Positions 12,201-24,997 are shown, counted from the first letter of the stretch. The stretch is 64,000 nt of DNA from Eutreptiella sp. 'Long Island Sound 2002' (GCA_964036045.1 OZ038378.1:6138001-6202000); one strand, 5' to 3'. Program-made: numbers and translations. Notes: generated from the letters alone by a model not told the origin.

Positions 12201-13915
12201 TAGACTGTTGGGCCTCAATCCCAAAAGGTGGTTTCTTATCAACAAGTCCGACCTGTAATGGGGATGTTTGGACACAATCATGATTCACGGCTGCAACAGT
12301 TGGCAAGTTACGGTCTACCATGTACAGTATGGTCGTGCATCTGGGCTGAGGGTGGGGCTGGATGCAACGTAATGCAGAGGCAATGCGGTGCACAAATTAG
12401 GCATGCAGGTCTGTGCACACCAGCGAGCGCTTGCGGGGCATCGAGCAGCCTTGTGCACCGACAGGAATCGAGTACCACGCCGTGACAGGACTTGGCTCCA
12501 CGCACGTTGTCTGCAGATGCTGAACGTGCTCTCTAACATGCCTCTGACAATGTGCTTCTCCGGCAAGCACGGAGGCTAGTGATCGTAACGTTAGCACGGT
12601 GGCTGTGACCACGACTTGTGGTGGTGGGCAGAGTGCGGAACACGCCCCTCATGCCTCTCAAAAAGGGCGCTGCATGCCTGCATGGTCCGGCAAAACGTTG
12701 CAAACCATTTGGACTTGTGACTCAATACCAGCAGGGTTGTGTTGTTGTCTGCGGCTGGCGGCGCCAGTTGGCCGATCGCCACTTACCGCTGCCCCTCCCT
12801 TCCCTTTCCTTGAATGAAGGTGAGCTTGAATGAAGCTTCCTTGAATGAACGAGGCAGGGGTGGGGCAGGGGAAAGATGCAGCATGGCCAAAATTACAGAT
12901 CCCCACCCCATTTGTGTCCCCTGAAGGTCTTGTGCAGTGCAATTTCAACTTTCCGACTGGGCCGGTTGTTGGACAACAATGACCGAACTTTGTTCTTCGT
13001 TGTTGAGGCACAGTGTTTGGATGGAGCACTTGAGACCGTTGATGCAGACTTGGAGGAACGACAGCACAATGGCCAACCCCAGAGAGTTGTGTGTGGTCTT
13101 GGCCCAGGGAAATTGTTTGATCTACAAATGGCTGACAATGGCAGCGCTGTTCAAGATAAGCAACCAATCCAACTCCGAAAAAGGAAACCCAAGAAATGGT
13201 GTTGCAGTGGTATGACTCACACAGACCACTTGGCCAGATGGACAGTGCAGCCACTGGGGAAGAGCAGGGCCGGGAGCGTCGAGAGTGTACGCCGTTATGG
13301 GCCGCGGCGGGGGATGGGGGCATGCATGGCATGACGCCTGAGAGGATTGCTGTCTGAAGCTGCCGCCTTGTGGCCTCTCGGCCCATTGGCAGAAAGGGGT
13401 GGGGGTGGGGGGTTGATAAAAGTGTTCCTGTGCATCCTTCACAAAACAGGCGAGAGGAATGCAGCTGCCAAGTACTTTTGTCAGCCGGTACATTTCAAAC
13501 AGCAGCTTCACGGTGCCCCAAACAAATGGGGGCCGCAACCCAACCCAAACGATGTGCTACCAATCAGGCGGTCATGCAGCAGACGGCAGTTTAAAAAGAA
13601 GATGGATCGCTGATGAAATAAAATGGAGTAGCAACACCCAAACTTTTCTGGTGCTCATTCCCTTCACTTCTTGCTACAAACGGGCCCACTGCAACGTCAA
13701 AACAATCCATCAAACCAGAAAAATTGGATCAACTCCAGTGCAACTACAATGCAACTACAAATCAAGGGTTCCTCCAGCGAACAACTTCCCATGACCGTCG
13801 TCGCCAACTGCCATGCGTCATGGGTCCAATGCTTTTCAACGGATTCCATTCCAAAGCCCGAGCGGAGGTGGGCAGGAGTGGGGGGTTGGAGACAAGCCCT
13901 GGAGAAGGTGTGCAG

Positions 13916-14010
13916 GTGTGTGTGTGTGTGTGTGTGTGTGCAACGCAACAGCAACACAGACTGGCATGCTCAACTGAACATGGACTGGAAAGAATGAGGA
14001 ATGCCCTGAG

Positions 14011-14041
<31 letters not shown>

Positions 14042-14116
14042 CAACAACATCAACACAGCTCAACATCAACACAACCATGCTCAACTGAACATGGACTGGA
14101 AAGAATGAGGAATGCA
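13916..14116. repeat. Direct duplication of a (GT)n-headed unit
   Basis: (GT)n at 13916-13940 and 14010-14036, each followed by a shared ...GCTCAACTGAACATGGACTGGAAAGAATGAGGAATGC. Confidence 0.85.
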
Positions 14117-15385
14117 ACTTTGGGAAAGCCACACGGGCTTTGGCAGCTGTCGGAGTTTAGATGATCTGATGCGCTGATGCGCTGATGAAGAGTTTTGAGG
14201 TCTTCCTCAAAAACTCCTTTTCACAGAATACAGTGGCCAAGCAGAAAATGTAGCAAGTGGCCAAGGGCCCAGCCAATCAGGTGCTTGGTGTCTGGCCATG
14301 CCTGCATGTGAATGAGTGTGAGTGGGCATGCGCAACAAGAGCGTTGGGAACATGCAGGAACTCAAACACAGCATCGCTGCCCAATGCTCATCCGCATAGT
14401 GATGACTGGGGAGCGAGCGCCCGAGCACGCAAGGACATGGCCGGAAGGGTCATCAGGAAACGCTGAATGACCTCGGCACAGCATCGTATGCAGCAGACGG
14501 GGCAGCAGGAGACGAGCAAAAGAGACGCAATATACACTGCGAAATGTGTGCCTTGCAAGGAGTGCACTTGCATGAGAGAGAGAAGAGGCAGAAGTGCAAA
14601 GGAAGGCGGACCAGGGCTGGACGGAACGGAAAATGGGCCAGGCTCCCCTTGTGAAGCGGATGCACAAAGCCCTGGCCACGATGGTATGCTAAGTAAAACC
14701 GCTGATAACTTTCATTGATATTTGGACAACGGTTGGTGGGGATCCTACTGGTTGTCTTGTTGGAGGAGAGACTGGGGAAAGGTGGGAGGAATACACAGTG
14801 TATCTCGCAGATCTTCAAGCCGGCAGAGCACTCCCACGCATTTCGCGATTGCTTGTTTGCAAATTCGGCGCATGCTGCGAAATAATGCAGTCTGAAAAAT
14901 GTGTTCCCACGTGCACTTCAGTATGAACAATCAGAGGAGACGCCATTTCTGTCAACGGCCCTTCACAGCAATATCATACAGCAATGCTGCAAAATTGTAC
15001 CACTGTCCCCTGCAGCATTACTTGAATGCGAGGTGAAGCAATCACTTGAGAGGAAAATTTGGAGTCAGAAGAGAGGAGGGCGGGGGGGCGGGGCATGACG
15101 CCCGCTTGTATTGCTGTCTGAAAAGAGTGGCTTGCTTCCTCATCCCGCTTCTCTTCTCACAGAACAGGTTGGCGTCGTCCGCTTTTTGCGTGTGATGTCG
15201 TTCCTGATCCACACACACACAAAAGCTGCTCTGTGGTGCCTCAATGCGCTCAGTGACTTGTGATTCCAAAATGGCGCTCTGATGAAAGGCGCCATCTGCT
15301 TCTGGATCATCTCTGCACTGTACAATGTCACGAGCCCCAGTTGCGTGTGAGTGTACGGGTGCGTACGTGCCTGTGTGCGTGCACG

Positions 15386-15526
15386 CCTGTGTGTGTGTGT
15401 GTATGTGTATGTGTGTGTGTGTGTGTGACCCAAGAATTTCAATCAAAGCACAAACTGCGAGGTTCAACATTCCTACGTCCTACTTTTCATCAGCGAAACC
15501 ATGAGTCCAGTGTGTGTGTGTGTGTG

Positions 15527-15570
<44 letters not shown>

Positions 15571-15611
15571 TGTGTGTGTGTGTGTGTCTGTGTGTGTGTG
15601 AGTGGGTGGGT

Positions 15612-15667
<56 letters not shown>

Positions 15668-15683
15668 CTGTGTGTGTGTGGGT

Positions 15684-15746
<63 letters not shown>

Positions 15747-15842
15747 GGTGGGTGGGTGTGTGTGGGTGGGTGTTTTGGCATGACGCCATGTGTGTGGGTG
15801 GGTGTGTGTGTGTGTGTGGGTGTGTGTGTGTGTGTGTGTGTA
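15386..15842. repeat. Compound (GT)n/(GGGT)n microsatellites
   Basis: GT runs at ~15386-15426 and ~15509-15842; these generate the spurious HT/VC-repeat ORFs. Confidence 0.95.
15773..15790 (-). mobile_element. 18-bp terminal fragment of family A with 14-bp TSD
   Basis: TTTTGGCATGACGCCATG flanked by TGTGTGGGTGGGTG at 15759-15772 and 15791-15804. Confidence 0.75.
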
Positions 15843-18800
15843 TGCGCGCGCTACGTTTTTAATGGACAGTGTGCAATACCTGTGCAATCCACAAAAAAGA
15901 ACACGGGAGCAACGCAAGAGCACACGTTTGAAATGAGAGTTGCACTTTGAATGGGCAGTTTTGAGTTTAGTCTCCCTTTGGTTGCTGTAGGCAGCCGGTG
16001 CAAAGCCGGGCGGTCCCGGGTTGCTGCATCGCTGGGCGGTCCCTGGGCGAGTATGTGCGAGCGCGAGTACACCATACTGTTCACCACTCGTCGTGGTATT
16101 AGCATCACCTCGATTCCACGAACGTGCTCCCGGCCAACAAAATGGTATTGTATCGCATAAACATATGCTTGCTGCAGGAGCTCGGCGAACAACGGCGTGC
16201 ATGGCGGGTGGGTGGCCGAGTGGTGGTTGCGCGTACACTTTGCACCCCAGCATGGAAGGTGGGGGCGCACCCAGGGGTTGACTTTCAGGGTAACCCAGCC
16301 GCATTCTTCTGGCTTCTCAGCATATTCGACTGTGTGTGTGTGTGTGCGCGCGCGCATGCGTGCGTGCATGTGCATGGCCTAATTTGTGACGTCTGCCACA
16401 AACTGCACAGTCTTCTGGGGCTGCTCACTGTCAAAAGCTTAGCTCGATGGAGCACGGCACTGAGACAAAAACCTCGGGGTTGGCGCCTTACAATTGTGTA
16501 TTTGCATACACGGAAATGCTGGTGCGCGTGTTCTTGCGTGCGCGCGCACATGAGTATTTGTGCAATTGGGAACTGTGCACTTGCAGTGCAGACTTTGTGA
16601 GAAGTGGGCAGCCGGTTGCTGGTATGCTAGAGGGGGGGAATAGAGAGCAGTAAGACGTCGCTTAACGTGTGGTGTATGCCTACAGAGACAATGTTTGTGC
16701 CGCGTGGTTGATGATAGCCTTGATGATAGCTTCTTCACGCGCTCGCAGTGCTCGATGCACGCAAGCGAGCAAGTGGTGCCCATAGTTATGTACACTGATG
16801 TTGTTTCACAACAGAGATGGGGTCCCCACCACTTGCTGCAGGCTCAATGCTGTGAATGGATGCACTCCACCCTCAGCAACGGACATTGGTCAAATGTCAA
16901 TATTGAAAACCGGCATCACCCGATCGTCAATAGTTGCTGACCGGCCAGTTCAGGTGCCCTTCTTTGGTAGGATGGTCCATCCCCAGAGAAGCCAATGTCG
17001 CCATGACGGTCTTCAGCGTAGTTGCATCCATTTCGCAGCTGGGCGAAATACCCAGCGGCGAGGCATCCACTTGGCCAACTGGAGCAGGAAATGCACGATG
17101 CATGTTCTTGGGAGGCCATAATGGCACCGAACTTTGCCTGGCTTGCTGCAACAAGAAAAGGGTGATACTGAAAATCTCGAATTGGGGTGAAGGATGAGAC
17201 TCTGGTTAGGGTTTGCATCGCACTATGCCAGGGGCCAGTCACACCTCATACAAACAGTATTGCCTGCCAATGCCCAATCGCATCTTACACGTACAGCACC
17301 GCCTGCCAGTGCCCCATCATCCTGACATGGGTACCCTTCCGATGGCCTCCCTCCCTCTAGATACTGAATCACAACCTCCTAGATTCCCAGCGGTTCTCAC
17401 CCAATATTTGTGCATCCCCAAACTCTCCATTTTCACTCACCCTCCCCCCCCCAAAACAAGCATCTGTCTCTGTCTGTCTCCTCCAAGAAAAGTCATTACT
17501 CTAGAGGTTTTAGTGGCCGCCATCGGTGTGCCATGCCTTCCCGTGGCCGAATCATGAATTGTCCGAAAAGTGGCATCAGCACCTACCCTTTGTCATTGTC
17601 ATTCCAATCCAGTCCCCGTTGTCACCAGATGGTTTCCTGTTGAAATTTAACGGGCTTTTTGCACGCCGCACAGAAAGAGAAACCCCCCTGTCATACAGGC
17701 GCCTGAAATATTTCCCCAGACTTCTTGGGCGGCTGGTTGTAAGGGGACGGCGATTTGTATGAAACCATTGCATGGACCCAATCAATGGTAGGTGTAAGAA
17801 AGTGTGATGTGAGAAATGTCCTTCGTTGACCCCCAATCTATGTCCATTGTGGATTGCCTTACACACATTCCAAGCAGCACTAAATGCAGAAGCAAGCAAC
17901 AGCGTGGTTGTTATGGCTCCTGTGGCCCCCACCATGACAACGTTCCTTTGCATATGGTTCCAAACATCCTGGCGGAAGCAATGTCCGAGTGTGCAATTCA
18001 ACAGTCACTACTTTGTGTCCCATACTAGCCCTCCCTAGCTCATCAAAAGTAAATTTATTGTGTAAGTAGCCAAAAGGTCGCACACTGCTAATATGAGTAG
18101 GTTGCTGCGGCGCGCTGCAGGGAAGAACCCACAGGCCAAGTGGTCTCAGGGAAGTTCTGCACGCAACTTCATCACCATGCGGGGTGCACAACGCACGCCT
18201 CGCACGCCTTCATCATTCTGGCAACACCATCGCGATGACATATCCGGTTCAAATGCCTTGCTGATACAACACTATCCCAGCAAGACACGTGCACTTAGCA
18301 TACCGTTTGCTTTGGAGCGTGGGAAACACGTGCCGGGTGGAGGCTGCTGCCAATGGCATTTCTGCGCACGAGAAGAAGGTGTGATTAGCAACAGACAGTG
18401 CAATACAATGCCCACTCATCACTGGCGGCGGAACAGAAGAGTAGAGACAGAGGGAGAAGCTTCACAGCATGCAGCCAAAAGTGACAGAGACGGCTCCAGA
18501 AAGAAAAAGCGAGGAGGAACAGAACTGAATGGAGGCGTGGAGGGTTGCCGCAGTTCACCCGTCTCTCTGCTTCCGATCCAGAATGTCTAACCCCCTCCGC
18601 TCGAGATGCCTCCACCCACTGCCAGGATGCTATCCCCCAAGCCTCTGCCGGCATGTCAACTTCTGTTCTCCAAGCTGACAGCTCCCTTAGTAATTGCCTC
18701 CTCTACAACCACCAACGCCAGCAACTCCAGTTGTATCACTGCATGCACCAGCAGCCTCTAGCAGCATGCCCCTGAATGCAGCGTTGCCATCCTGCCAGCC

Positions 18801-19105
18801 CTGCCGAAGGTTTCCACGTATACCCGTCTTGTTGACCATCCGTGAAAGCAGTCGCAGAGTCAGACATCTTCCAGGAGCGTCTGCAGGTGGTGCAGACGTT
18901 GTCATCGGCAGCTTCGTGTGAGCCTAAAGCACAGCAACAATCACCAAACACAGAGTCAACCAATATGCACCACCCCCAGCCAAATCCGTATTTTTGGAAT
19001 CCAAGAGTTGGGCAGAATGTCGGCTGAAAGTAAGCACTGTATCCGGGGCGGTCCGTTACACAGTTTTCGGTAAAAAATCCTGTGGGCACTCCATGTGTTC
19101 AACCT

Positions 19106-19364
19106 TGGTTGGTGGCGGTTGGCGGTTGGCGGTTGGTGGCGATTGGCGGTTGGCAGTTGGCAACTGGCGGTTGGTGGTGGTTGGCGGCGGTTGGTGGTTG
19201 GTGATTGGTGGTTGGTGGCGGTTTGCAGTGGTTGGCGGTTGGCGGTTGGCGGTTGGTCGCCGCTGGCAGTTGGCGGCGGTTGGTAGTTGGCGGTTGGTGG
19301 CGGTTGGTGGTTGGCAGTTGGTGCAGTTGGTGGTTGGTGGGAGTTGGCGGTTGGCGGTTGGTGG
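19106..19364. repeat. Degenerate heptamer-type satellite (GGCGGTT/GGTGGTT)
   Basis: Visible array of GGCGGTT variants, bracketed by GGGGCGGTCC motifs (~19044, ~19371) and ...CCTTAAGGACCG. Confidence 0.9.
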
Positions 19365-19496
19365 TCCCTTGGGGCGGTCCTTAAGGGCAGTCCTTAACAA
19401 AAAAAAATAATCTGGTTCCTTAAGGACCGTGCTGTTGCTGCAGGATTCAACATCTGGAATGGCACGCCCGCGTCCTCTGGGCGAGGGAGGGGGTAT

Positions 19497-19835
19497 GGCA
19501 TGATGCCTCAGTGGATTGATGTCTGAAGCTAGTGGCACCTTTTGGCCTCTCACCAGTTAGACCTTGTCCTTTCCCTGAACCCTGTCCCTCCACAGGCAGC
19601 AGTGCCCAATAGCCTCTCATAACCTAGTGCCCTTAATCTACCTGTCTTGCCCATCCTATCCTCCCTTTCGCTTGGTAAATTGTGCGGACGGAGCCCCAGG
19701 ACTGTCCCTTCCCTTCTTCACTGCTCTGTGGGAGGGCAATGGCCCTCCTCTGAATAGGAGGGGTTGGGGAGGGGGGGTTCACATGACACCCGGGTGGATT
19801 GCTGTCTGAAGCTGGTGACGCCTATTTGCGGAGGA
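19497..19835 (-). mobile_element. Two diverged relatives of family A (GGCATGATGCC and ACATGACACC ends)
   Basis: G-rich run followed by (GG/AC)ATGAYRCC...GGATTGCTGTCTGAAGCT; internal TTGTGCGGACGGAGCCCCAGGACT matches the family A internal motif. Confidence 0.6.
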
Positions 19836-19838
19836 AGA

Positions 19839-21865
19839 GGGGGGGGGGTTTTGGCATGACGCCATGGTGTGATGATCTCGTCTGCAGCTGGCGGCGCCTA
19901 CTGGCCGATCGCCATTCGCTGCCCTTCCCTTGGACCCTTTCCCTCCATAGGCGGTGGTGCCCATCAGCTTCTCACCACCCTTTGACCTTCCTCTTCCTCC
20001 TTGCCCTAACCTTCCCTCTCCCCTCCCCTTTCCCTTCCCTTGGCCTTTCCCTCTGTAGGCCACCGTGCCCATCGGCCTCACCACACTCCTTCCCTTCCCT
20101 TTCCCTTGGTCGGTTGTGCCAACGGAGCCCCCGGACTTGCCCTGTTTCACTTCTCTGCGTCGAGTCCACGCAGAGGAAGGCAAATGCCTTCGCCGTTGGC
20201 CAGGTGCGTCCAAGCGGCCATCCCAAGCCGGCGGTGAGGTACCTCTCCCCAACGGCGGCTGGTGGGCCCTGGGATGGCCACTTGCGGGGTCGTTTCCCCG
20301 ACGGGGGCACATAACAACCTTTCTCCTCCAAGTTCCCGCGCTCAGTCCGACTTTTGGCGAGCGCAACACAAACCCCCTACCCTCTCCTTCATGCCTTTGC
20401 TGCGCGGACGGGGGTTGTGGGGGATGCGTGGGTGCACGGGGGAGTAGGATGTAGTGGGAGACGTGGGGTGGGCCTCTTACCGTCGCTGGCCGCCCACTTC
20501 GTTGCGCGACTCCCTAGGGGGGGGTTTTGGCATGACGCCATGGTGTGATGATCTCGTCTGCAGCTGGCGGCGCCTACTGGCCGATCGCCATTCGCTGCCC
20601 TTCCCTTGGACCCTTTCCCTCCATAGGCGGTGGTGCCCATCAGCTTCTCACCACCCTTTGACCTTCCTCTTCCTCCTTGCCCTAACCTTCCCTCTCCCCT
20701 CCCCTTTCCCTTCCCTTGGCCTTTCCCTCTGTAGGCCACCGTGCCCATCGGCCTCACCACACTCCTTCCCTTCCCTTTCCCTTGGTCGGTTGTGCCAACG
20801 GAGCCCCCGGACTTGCCCTGTTTCACTTCTCTGCGTCGAGTCCACGCAGAGGAAGGCAAATGCCTTCGCCGTTGGCCAGGTGCGTCCAAGCGGCCATCCC
20901 AAGCCGGCGGTGAGGTACCTCTCCCCAACGGCGGCTGGTGGGCCCTGGGATGGCCACTTGCGGGGTCGTTTCCCCGACGGGGGCACATAACAACCTTTCT
21001 CCTCCAAGATCCCGCGCTCAGTCCATCCTTTGGCGAGCGCAACACAAACCCCCTACCCTCTCCTTCATGCCTTTGCTGCGCGGACGGGGGTTGTGGGGGA
21101 TGCGTGGGTGCACGGGGGAGTAGGATGTAGTGGAAGACGTGGGGTGGGCCTCTTACCGTCGCTGGCCGCCCACTTCGTTGCGCGACTCCCTGGGGGGGGG
21201 TTTTGGCATGACGCCATGGTGTGATGATCTCGTCTGCAGCTGGCGGCGCCTACTGGCCGATCGCCATTCGCTGCCCTTCCCTTGGACCCTTTCCCTCCAT
21301 AGGCGGTGGTGCCCATCGGCTTCTCACCACCCTTTGACCTTCCTCTTCCTCCCTGCCCTAACCTTCCCTCTCCCCTCCCCTTTCCCTTCCCTTGGCCTTT
21401 CCCTCCGTGGGCCATGGTGCCCATCGGCCTCACCACACTCCTTCCCTTCCCTTTCCCTTGGTCGGTTGTGCCAACGGAGCCCCCGGACTTGCCCTGTTTC
21501 ACTTCTCTGCGTCGAGTCCACGCAGAGGAAGGCAAATGCCTTCGCCGTTGGCCAGGTGCGTCCAAGCGGCCATCCCAAGCCGGCGGTGAAGTACCTCTCC
21601 CCAACGGCGGCTGGTGGGCCCTGGGATGGCCACTTGCGGGGTCGTTTCCCCGACGGGGGCACATAACAACCTTTCTCCTCCAAGTTCCCGCGCTCAGTCC
21701 ATCCTTTGGCGAGCGCAACACAAACCCCCTACCCTCTCCTTCATGCCTTTGCTGCGCGGACGGGGGTTGTGGGGGATGCGTGGGTGCACGGGGGAGTAGG
21801 ATGTAGCGGGTGACGTGGGGTGGGCCTCTTACTGTCGCTGGCCGCCCACTTCGTTGCGCGACTCC
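19839..21865 (-). repeat. Tandem array of three 676-bp family A terminal units
   Basis: GGCATGACGCC starts at 19853, 20529 and 21205 (exact 676-bp period); units differ by a few SNPs. Confidence 0.95.
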
Positions 21866-22746
21866 CCGGACCACCTCAACATAGGAGCGAGTTGTTGTTG
21901 GGTTGACGGTGGTGTCCCGTGTTGGGTGGAGGTGCGTAGGGCCCCTTGCTGGCCCCCTTCTCCCGGCTTGGTCCGGGCGCTTGACGACGTGGTGCGTCCC
22001 TTTTCTGGTTGAGTCGCTACGCGAGGGAAGGAGTCTCTCCCCTGCTCGCTTCTCAGTGCCAGCACGCTGGGACTTACTGCCGTGGTCACTCCCTTGAGAG
22101 CGCAGCCCCCGGTGGGCTTGCGTTGCCACATCGGGCATCTCGCTGAGGCCCCATTGGACCCCCCGAGAAGCACTCGGTGCACGTGTAGACTTCATTGTTT
22201 TGTTTTGGTCGGTGTTGGTCACCACCCTGGCTAAAAAAGTGCGGGGGTTGCCTTCCCCCTGCCTGTTGTTTGGCCTTGCCCCCTACTCCGCCGGCGAGAA
22301 AGCTCGCTGCGCGTTGTGGTAGCCGGGGCCTTGCCCCCTACTCCGCCGGCGAGAAAGCTCGCTGCGCGTTGTGGTAGCCGGGGCGCATCCAATGGAGACT
22401 GCGGCGCCGTCTCCATTGGGCATGGGTCCAGAGGCCCGTCCACGGCCGTACCTCAGACCACATCGTTGTGCCTTGTTGCTGTATCACTGGGGGCCGCGGC
22501 TCCCCAGTGTGAGTCTCGGTGGCTGGAGGATCTTCTCCTCCCCAGCAGAGCCATGTTGATGGTGTGAGACTCTCCTTTCCATCAGGCATTTTGCTTTCAT
22601 TGTTCTTCCTTCTCCTCCCGGCGCCGGGTTGCCCGTCCCTTGGGTTCCTGGGTCGCTTGGCGCCCGGTCTCAGTCCCTCTTGCTTCAAGGCCTAGGCCAT
22701 GCCATGGTGCGTTCCGGGTCGCGCCTTTGTGCTCGGCACTGCGCTG
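21201..22746 (-). mobile_element. Second long, 5'-truncated family A copy
   Basis: Matches 1-1046, with an internal ~60-bp duplication near 22270-22380; carries the open frame 22225-21065 (VTNTDQ...RSYVEVVRG...). Confidence 0.85.
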
Positions 22747-22774
22747 AACCCCTCCCTGGGGGGGGGGGGGGGTT

Positions 22775-23377
22775 GGCATGACGCCATGGTGTGATGATCT
22801 CGTCTGCAGCTGGCGGCGCCTACTGGCCGATCGCCATTCGCTGCCCTTCCCTTGGACCCTTTCCCTCCATAGGCGGTGGTGCCCATCGGCTTCTCACCAC
22901 CCTTTGACCTTCCTCTTCCTCCCTGCCCTAACCTTCCCTCTCCCCTTCCCTTCCCTTCCCTTGGCCTTTCCCTCCATAGGCCGCAGTGCCCATCGGCCTC
23001 ACACCACTCCTTCCCTTCCCATTCCCTTGGTCGGTTGTGCCAACGAAGAGGAGGGAGAGAAGAGGGGGGGGTTTTGGCATGACGCCATGGTGTGATGATG
23101 TTGTCTGCAGCTGGCGGCGCCTACTGGCCGATCGCCATTCGCTGCCCTTCCCTTGGACCCTTTCCCTCCATAGGCGGTGGTGCCCATCGGCTTCTCACCA
23201 CCCTTTGACCTTCCTCTTCCTCCTTTCCCTAACCTTCCCTCTCCCCTCCCCTTTCCCTTCCCTTGGCCTTTCCCTCTGTGGGCCGCAGTGCCCATCGGCC
23301 TCACCACACTCCTTCCCTTCCCATTCCCTTGGTCGTCTGTGCCAACGGAGCCCCCGGACTTGCCCTGTTTCACTTCT
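22775..23377 (-). mobile_element. Two further truncated family A copies (22775-23044; 23076-23377)
   Basis: Each starts G-run + GGCATGACGCC; the second is flanked by GAGAGAAG+G-run at 23055-23071 and 23378-23394. Confidence 0.85.
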
Positions 23378-24997
23378 GAGAGAAGGGGGGGGGGGGGCAG
23401 ATCTGCTCCTCACTGATGATTGCCTAAAAAATACACCATGCATCGTGACAGGAACTTGGAAGCCCTGTATGATTTCAAAAGCTGCATGTACGTGGTTTGA
23501 TCTGGAGAAGGGGGTGAGACCAAATTCAGGAGAGCTAAGCGAAGGTGTAGGTGGGACCTTTGGTAGACTCACCATGTTTAACACAGCCACCTACCAAGAG
23601 CCATTGGATTGCAACCACTCAAAGGCACATAACTTCAGAAATGAGTGGTGGCTGCTTGTCACCCACCCAGTGCTCACCCTCCTCTCCCCAGACCACCCTC
23701 TCTGGCCATAAAAATGCACACACTTTGGGAAATTGCATGTTCTTGTGGTCGTCAGCAAAAAGGGGTAAGGGTGCCAGCAATTTGTACCCTGTCAATCAGG
23801 TGGTTTGATGGCTCTATCCAACACCCCCTGAACACCCCAAAAGGACCAAGCCTCATATGCAAAATGACATACAACCCAGGACAGAACCTGTGATTCCTGC
23901 TCTGCCCCCAGCCTGATACATCGGGGGAATCTGTCCCCTGCCCCTTGCGTCACTCCTCTGCACCCCATTTCCCTGCCTGTGTCATCCGCCTTTAGTTGGC
24001 CCATTCCAGTCTGCTGCACTACTACGTGGTGTGGTGTCACTGGTCCCTGCTGCGGGTAACTGGAAGCGGAGCACACAGGACAACAGTGCGCGTGTCTGTG
24101 GTCAAGGGATGTGCTTATCTGGGGGGGGTTTTGGCACATCGCCATGGGAGGGGAGGGGGCTGTTTGGACACCCACCCACCCAGAATTTCCAAGACACCCC
24201 CCCCTCTCGTTCCGTAGGCCAAACACTAAGGACATCCCTGCTGCGGTCCCATCCTTCCCCACCCCCACACCCATCCGGGGCCATCATTCTAGTCTTGTGG
24301 CCCTTTCTGCAGCACAAGAGCAGCTGGTGGCATGCATCTATGATAATAGTAGTCATGGATGGCACATCCATCCAAGAAATAAAAACTAAGCCTGGATAAG
24401 AGATGCATCCTGTTCAGGCTTTCAGGTGCAGAGGGCGATTCCAGAAAGGCAGACAGCCGCCATCCCTACGTCGGACAACATCAGCCTTGGCAGGTGACCT
24501 GTGCGAGCGTGTAACAACATGCGGCCCTGGACCTGATGTGGCACTTTACATACTGTCACTGCTGCCCACCGAAGTAGCTGAGGAATAATGGGAGAAAGGA
24601 CTGGAAGCGGGGTCGAATGCTTGTGGCGAACTGTTGACAGGGGTTTCAGAACGCGCTGCCCCCTGCAAAGATGATGCAATCCAATGCTTTCTATGCACGC
24701 CCTCCTGCATACCTGCACACCCTCCCTCACACTAGCATAGCGGAGAAGGTGGCCCACTTCACTGAGCTGTAAAAAGGCTGCGCAGATCTGGAGAGTAGCG
24801 CCGGTCCTATACCAGGGGGAGGGTAGGTAGGTACGGAAGGTGGCAACCATACAATGACAGAACACAGCAGTGGGCTTGTGAGGATCATACGTAGCACATA
24901 ACGCACGCACGAATAATGCCGGGCCCAGAAGTGCGAACTGGCATACCAGATCAGGTGTCCATACCATGGATGGAGAGGTGAGTGGGTTGGGCGGGTT

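Noticed and set aside
15473-16304. HT- and VC-repeat ORFs
   Set aside because: Products of (GT)n microsatellites.
19853-20528. Hammerhead ribozyme in the 676-bp unit (retrozyme/Penelope idea)
   Set aside because: No CUGANGA…GAAA core found by eye on either strand; the nearest are GTGATGA and CTGATGG. HDV-like folds were not excluded.
19779-23711. Many 100-390 aa ORFs (GKGKG/RGG-rich; WCDDLVCSWRR…) on both strands
   Set aside because: They are translations of the repeated family A unit and recur identically with every copy; not independent genes. Only the J-domain frame is treated as possibly coding.
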